Source of the DNA: Candidatus Micrarchaeota archaeon
GTDB lineage: Archaea; Micrarchaeota; Micrarchaeia; Micrarchaeales; CABMGC01
DNA: 52,380 bases
Reading direction: 5' to 3'
Assembly (NCBI GenBank): GCA_021817505.1
Contig: JAKAUU010000008.1
Span: 1-52,380, forward strand
Position numbers and translations under genes: made by a program. The notes under the pieces are model-generated. The model did not search any database and was not told where the DNA came from. It saw only the letters and a program-made list of their open reading frames with translations. Numbering within the stretch: the stretch's first letter is position 1; each line of letters begins with the position of its first letter. Below are positions 45,618 through 52,380 of the stretch, in pieces.

Positions 45618-46985
45618 TCATGGCATTAGCCTCTTGTTTCCCTTATATCCTTTATCCAGCTTTGCCGTCCTTAGGAAATCCACCACCCTCTGGTCGGTCA
45701 TGATATGCCTGCGCTCGATCTCCTGCCTTAATGTTATGCCGTGCAGAGTAGTGCATCTGGATAAGGCAACATAGAGCTGGCCGTTTGCAAATGTGCCTCC
45801 GCTTATATCTATTACCACATCCTTGAAGGTCTTTCCCTGGCTCTTGTGCACCGTTACCGCCCATGCAGGAGCTATCGGATACTGGGTAAAACTTCCGACT
45901 TTTTTAGGCAGGAGCTTGTGCGCTATCGGATCATATGAGAATCTGAACATCTCCCATGTGTGCGGGTTCACACTGACCTCCGTGCCATCATTGAGCCTTA
46001 CTGATATCACGTCCTTTCCTCCCGGGTCAGGCCGCACACCTATCACTTTTCCTACGCTGCCATTCACCCATTGCTCCAGCTTATCATTATTCAACATCAT
46101 TACCTGCATTCCTTCCTTTACCTTAAGCAATTCGTCCGCAGGCATTGTCTTCTTGTCGAAGTCGCCTTCTATCTCTGCCGCGTATGTGTGCTGCGCCGCC
46201 CTTAGCCTTGCAAGCGCTTCTTCGTTGATGCCGTCTGCAACCCTGTTTGTCGTCGTAAGATATATGTAGGTCTTTGATGAATCTGGTACGAATCCAGGTT
46301 TTAGCCTTAGGTTAAGCACTGCAAGCTGCTCCTCTGTTATCTTGTTTTCGCGTATTGCATTAAGCAGCTCTATGAAGTACGGATCGGTCTGCCTTCGGTG
46401 CTTTTGCAGCTCTATGAAATGCATGTTTAGGGAATTGAATGAATTTGAATCGAAAAAGTACTGGCTTTTGTAATGGCTGCTGAACATTCCTTCCTCGTCC
46501 TTAGTCACTATTGGGGGAAGCTGGTACAAGTCCCCGACAAGAATCAGCTGCACGCCTCCGAAAGGCAGGGAGTGGTCCTTTCCGTTCTTCCGCATGAATG
46601 CATCCATGCAATCAAAGAGGTCAGCCCTTACCATCGACACCTCATCTATGATCAGGGCATCTATATGGGCATATATCTGACCCTGATATTGATGTAGCTT
46701 TTTTACAGTATCTATAGTTATGTCAGGCTTGAATCTGAAGAAAGAGTGTATTGTCTGGCCCTTTACATTCAGGGCTGCGACCCCTGTGGGGGCCAATATC
46801 GCTATATCCTTCTTCGTTATTGACCTGAAGCATTCCAAAAGTGTCGATTTGCCGGTTCCTGCCCTCCCTGTTATAAGAAGGTTATCATTCGTATTCTCCA
46901 TCAGGCTTAGTGCACTCTTAAACTGTTCGTCAAGCTCAATATTAGAACCGTTTAAGGAGAGCTGGGCTCCAAGATTCCCTTGCAT
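45618..46985 (-). CDS. Pif1/RecD-like superfamily 1B DNA helicase
   Basis: Walker A GRAGTGKST, APTGVAALNVKGQTIHSFF, Walker B LIIDEVSMV, FGGVQLILVGDLYQLPPI, VHKSQGKTF and YVALSRCT. Confidence 0.8.
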   Translation of the reverse strand: MQGNLGAQLSLNGSNIELDEQFKSALSLMENTNDNLLITGRAGTGKSTLLECFRSITKKDIAILAPTGVAALNVKGQTIHSFFRFKPDITIDTVKKLHQYQGQIYAHIDALIIDEVSMVRADLFDCMDAFMRKNGKDHSLPFGGVQLILVGDLYQLPPIVTKDEEGMFSSHYKSQYFFDSNSFNSLNMHFIELQKHRRQTDPYFIELLNAIRENKITEEQLAVLNLRLKPGFVPDSSKTYIYLTTTNRVADGINEEALARLRAAQHTYAAEIEGDFDKKTMPADELLKVKEGMQVMMLNNDKLEQWVNGSVGKVIGVRPDPGGKDVISVRLNDGTEVSVNPHTWEMFRFSYDPIAHKLLPKKVGSFTQYPIAPAWAVTVHKSQGKTFKDVVIDISGGTFANGQLYVALSRCTTLHGITLRQEIERRHIMTDQRVVDFLRTAKLDKGYKGNKRLMP

Positions 46986-47048
46986 GTGAGGATACTGTAG
47001 TTAAGCAATATAAAGAGTTTTGGAAAAATGCAGAATTATAGTAATTTA

Positions 47049-47123
47049 TGGGCCCGGGGGGATTTGAACCCTCGACTTAAAGGTTAAAAGCCTTCCACTC
47101 TAGCCAAACTGAGTTACGGACCC
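47049..47123 (-). tRNA. tRNA-Lys (anticodon TTT)
   Basis: Hand fold of the - strand: GGGTCCG-TA-ACTC-AGTTTGGCTA-GAGT-G-GAAGG-CTTTTAA-CCTTT-AAGTC-GAGGG-TTCAAAT-CCCCC-CGGGCCC-A. Confidence 0.85.
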
Positions 47124-47148
47124 GCGTGAATAATATGTATGCAAAGTA

Positions 47149-47156
47149 ATATATAA
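47149..47156 (-). promoter_or_regulatory. Candidate TATA box for tRNA-Lys
   Basis: The - strand reads TTATATAT, 26-33 nt upstream of the tRNA 5' end. Confidence 0.45.
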
Positions 47157-47183
47157 GTAAAATTGATTATATTATTGATTGCG

Positions 47184-47318
47184 ATGGAAGAGGAGATTCA
47201 TGTAAAGATGTATGGCAAGGAGTTCCATAAGGTCGAGTTTATGGAGATAAAATGCCCCATGTGCAACGGCAGAATAGATGAATTCGGGTTCTGCAACTGC
47301 GGTACCGGCGAATCATAA
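47184..47318 (+). CDS. Small (44 aa) zinc-ribbon protein; not in the ORF track because it falls below the apparent length cutoff
   Basis: My translation is MEEEIHVKMYGKEFHKVEFMEIKCPMCNGRIDEFGFCNCGTGES*. The CPxC...CxC arrangement is typical of small archaeal zinc-binding proteins. Confidence 0.45.
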   Translation: MEEEIHVKMYGKEFHKVEFMEIKCPMCNGRIDEFGFCNCGTGES

Positions 47319-47322
47319 TTAT

Positions 47323-50134
<2,812 letters not shown>

Positions 50135-50152
50135 ATCTGGATTAAATGTTTA

Positions 50153-51325
50153 TTAAGCATGCGTAACAAAAGTTTTCCTCTTAATAACATTTTCATTGAA
50201 GTTAGGAGCGTACTTATAATCTATTATATCTAGAAGATGCCTGTCCGTTGTCCTCCCGAGTCCGCGTGCAGCCTGATATAGGAGTCCTTTTATCAGGCCG
50301 TCCATCTCTCCAGGCGCAAACCTTACAGCATTCTCTAGATCTATCCTGTCCCTTATCTTCTTGCCTATGACAAGATTGCTTTCTTCATCTATGCATATGT
50401 TATATCCGCCGAAAGATCCCGGTATAAAATGGGCATAGCTCTTCTCTGGGATCCTTCCGTCTTTTACCATTGGCACAGGAGTCTCCCAGGAATTGAACAG
50501 CACCGGGACGACACCGATGTCGACCTTCATCTGGAGGAGTTCCTCGTGCGCAATCCCGTTGCCCCTGTTAAAGTTTGACGTATACTGCCTTGCGGTTTTG
50601 ACCGCGTTGTGCAGAATCTCTGGCTGAATGCCAAGCTGGTCAGTGTATTTGAGTATTGACACAAGGAGATATCCCTCTGTAGACGGACCGGCTTCCACTG
50701 TTTTCTTATCAGATATGCCAAGCCTTCTGTAGAACACCCTGCTGCCTGAAGGGTCTTTGGTCTCGTAATTGGTGATGTCGTGCTGGAAGATCCTTAGCTC
50801 TCCTTCCCCATTGCTCGTTACGACGCTACTGACCTTCTGGCCATTCTTCCTTATCGTTTCCCACGGAAGACCGTGCTTCCATCCGTTTGAAGATAACTTC
50901 ATCTGGAGGGCGGCTCCGACTGTTCCTGTAAACTCAAATAGACTGTCAAAATTAAACTTCCTGTATGCGAAAAGATCCTCATTTTGTAATACTGCAAGAT
51001 TGTTTATTCCGCTCATGAGGTAGAAATCCTCTGAGCAAGCTCTCTCTTTTACATTTCCTGCAGCACGGGTCGTCTCCCAGTAGAAACGCTCGCCTCTGGA
51101 TGCCCTTATTAATAGCTGCTTGTAGGCGTCACGGTCGCTCTTATCCATGCTCCTGAGAAGGCCTTCACCTTCCATCCTTCCTGCCAAGCGGCTTATATCA
51201 TCAAGTGATACCGCGCCTATCCCATACTTTCTCGGAGCATCATCTCCAAGTTCGACTATTCTGGCAGTAATCCCCGCTTTATCAAGCTTATCCAGTCCTC
51301 TAGAGTAGACTCTATAAGTCTCCAT
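50153..51325 (-). CDS. Hypothetical protein (390 aa), no recognised domain
   Basis: A long clean ORF with protein-like composition, ending 18 nt upstream of the OFOR alpha start on the same strand. Confidence 0.6.
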   Translation of the reverse strand: METYRVYSRGLDKLDKAGITARIVELGDDAPRKYGIGAVSLDDISRLAGRMEGEGLLRSMDKSDRDAYKQLLIRASRGERFYWETTRAAGNVKERACSEDFYLMSGINNLAVLQNEDLFAYRKFNFDSLFEFTGTVGAALQMKLSSNGWKHGLPWETIRKNGQKVSSVVTSNGEGELRIFQHDITNYETKDPSGSRVFYRRLGISDKKTVEAGPSTEGYLLVSILKYTDQLGIQPEILHNAVKTARQYTSNFNRGNGIAHEELLQMKVDIGVVPVLFNSWETPVPMVKDGRIPEKSYAHFIPGSFGGYNICIDEESNLVIGKKIRDRIDLENAVRFAPGEMDGLIKGLLYQAARGLGRTTDRHLLDIIDYKYAPNFNENVIKRKTFVTHA

Positions 51326-51463
51326 TGCTTCAGCCCCACTGAAAAATAGCGGACGGTCCTTCCAAACCCTTCCGCTGCTTTGTTTATGATTAATCAGACA
51401 ATAATATAAAACATATCTACACGGCCCAGTTAATTTTATAAATCAGGAAATGGAACCAGATAA

Positions 51464-52000
51464 TTGGTAAAGATGGAGAAGGTAGAATGCGTGATAGACA
51501 CAAGCGGCTCTGGAAATATAGTGATGTCTAGGTGTACTGCCGTATCTAAGATGAATGCCGCACTGCAGGAAGGCTATAGGATAGCGAGACTGGGGGAATT
51601 TACACGCGCCTTCAGGAATGATGACTCATTAAGGAGAAATATTGATAAGAACGAGAGCGTACTTGTCTCATTGGAAGGATCTGAAGAACTGTTTCCAAAG
51701 GGCATGTCCCCAACAGTCAAGAGACACGCCGCAGTCTCTTTCCACGAGATATTTACTGATGGTAGAATGCCAAACGTGGATAAAGACTATTTCTTAGGGC
51801 TTCCTGACAGTAGGAAGGCCTTTGTCTACAATGGACTTGGATCGGTAGGTGCGTGCAGATATGACAGTGATGACGGAAAAGGTTTGGTGATATACCCGAA
51901 TGCGCTTCTTTATGTCTCAGTCATGATTGCCTGCGTAAGGGACAGGAAGGCAGATGCTGATGACAAAAACAGCAATGTTGCAAGGAGCATGAGGGACTGA
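51464..52000 (+). CDS. Hypothetical protein (178 aa), possible distant member of the 44650/52049 paralogous family
   Basis: QEGYRIARLGEFTRAFRNDDSLRRNI aligns loosely with PAGYRQVFVREIASRFFKDPIFRSEL from 44650..45333. The pair HAAVSFHEI and HASFHY also align. Confidence 0.5.
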   Translation: MVKMEKVECVIDTSGSGNIVMSRCTAVSKMNAALQEGYRIARLGEFTRAFRNDDSLRRNIDKNESVLVSLEGSEELFPKGMSPTVKRHAAVSFHEIFTDGRMPNVDKDYFLGLPDSRKAFVYNGLGSVGACRYDSDDGKGLVIYPNALLYVSVMIACVRDRKADADDKNSNVARSMRD

Positions 52001-52048
52001 TTAGCTAATAGGGTAAACGACACTTGGTTTTGATTAATAGGCGAATAT

Positions 52049-52380
52049 ATGATACATGTAATGCAAGATACATTGACAGGCCGTCAGGACGTTGCAACCG
52101 GGCAAGAGATGAGAGATGTTGGATTTAAGGTGGACTTCCCAGTAATAAAGATATCTGAAAAGGCCGTCAACCATCTGATAATAAGAAGCGCCATACCTGA
52201 AGGATACGTCCAGGCAGGTATGGGCGCAGTAGTATTTTCATACGTCAATTACCCTGATTTCAGGCAGGAGCTGGCACGCGGCCCCATATGGATAAATCAG
52301 AGAGGTCTTGAAACAGCAGGATATAAGGAGATACTTGATGATTACTCTTTCGCTACTGTATCTAAGTCCAAATTCCATAA
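52049..52380 (+). CDS. Hypothetical protein, 5' part (runs off the right edge); paralogue of 44650..45333
   Basis: My translation from ATG 52049 is MIHVMQDTLTGRQDVATGQEMRDVGFKVDFPVIKISEKAVNHLIIRSAIPEGYVQAGMGAVVFSYVNYPDFRQELARGPIWINQRGLETAGYKEILDDYSF..., with no stop before the window ends. Confidence 0.5.
   Translation, partial: MIHVMQDTLTGRQDVATGQEMRDVGFKVDFPVIKISEKAVNHLIIRSAIPEGYVQAGMGAVVFSYVNYPDFRQELARGPIWINQRGLETAGYKEILDDYSFATVSKSKFH

Noticed and set aside
50153-51325. Rx4H (RTTDRH) near the C-terminus of the 390-aa orphan as a HEPN nuclease motif
   Set aside because: Six-residue patterns of this kind occur by chance in many proteins, including others in this window. Without a profile or structural match it is not evidence for a HEPN domain.

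Overview
Archaeal chromosomal window, densely coded on both strands. Archaeal markers are aRF1, RFC small subunit, an archaeal histone, Spt5, CDP-archaeol synthase, an AglB/STT3-like oligosaccharyltransferase and the uS13-uS4-uS11 cluster. A histone, multi-intron tRNAs, an unlinked 5S rRNA and broken ribosomal operons suggest a small-genome lineage (DPANN/Micrarchaeota-like or a Thermoplasmata relative); this is inference only. Housekeeping genes: aconitase (truncated at the left edge), AlaRS, SerRS, class II LysRS, type IA topoisomerase, lipoyl synthase, a bipartite lipoate ligase (LplA/LplB), two-subunit 2-oxoacid:ferredoxin oxidoreductase and uL11. RNA genes found by eye: tRNA-Leu(TAG), tRNA-Lys(TTT), a 5S rRNA, and a tRNA-Ser(GGA) that appears to carry two introns, one canonical and one in the T-loop. 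An envelope and glycosylation theme runs through 7.5-33.8 kb. It comprises a 2018-aa secreted, C-terminally anchored giant protein whose stop abuts the start of a site-2 protease, plus AglB, paired 4-TM EamA/SMR-like half transporters, a GT2, an AglH-like GlcNAc-1-P transferase, UppP and a phosphohexomutase. Three patches have no recognisable function: (i) 37.3-38.7 kb beside tRNA-Ser; (ii) 42.3-47.1 kb between the 5S rRNA and tRNA-Lys, holding a membrane-tethered wHTH regulator, a secreted Cys-rich protein, an orphan and a Pif1-like helicase; (iii) 50.2-52.4 kb, holding a 390-aa orphan and two tandem orphans. One orphan in (ii) and the orphans in (iii) look like members of one paralogous family. 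I saw no CRISPR array, integrase or transposase. All calls come from reading the supplied translations and the DNA by eye; no searches were run.
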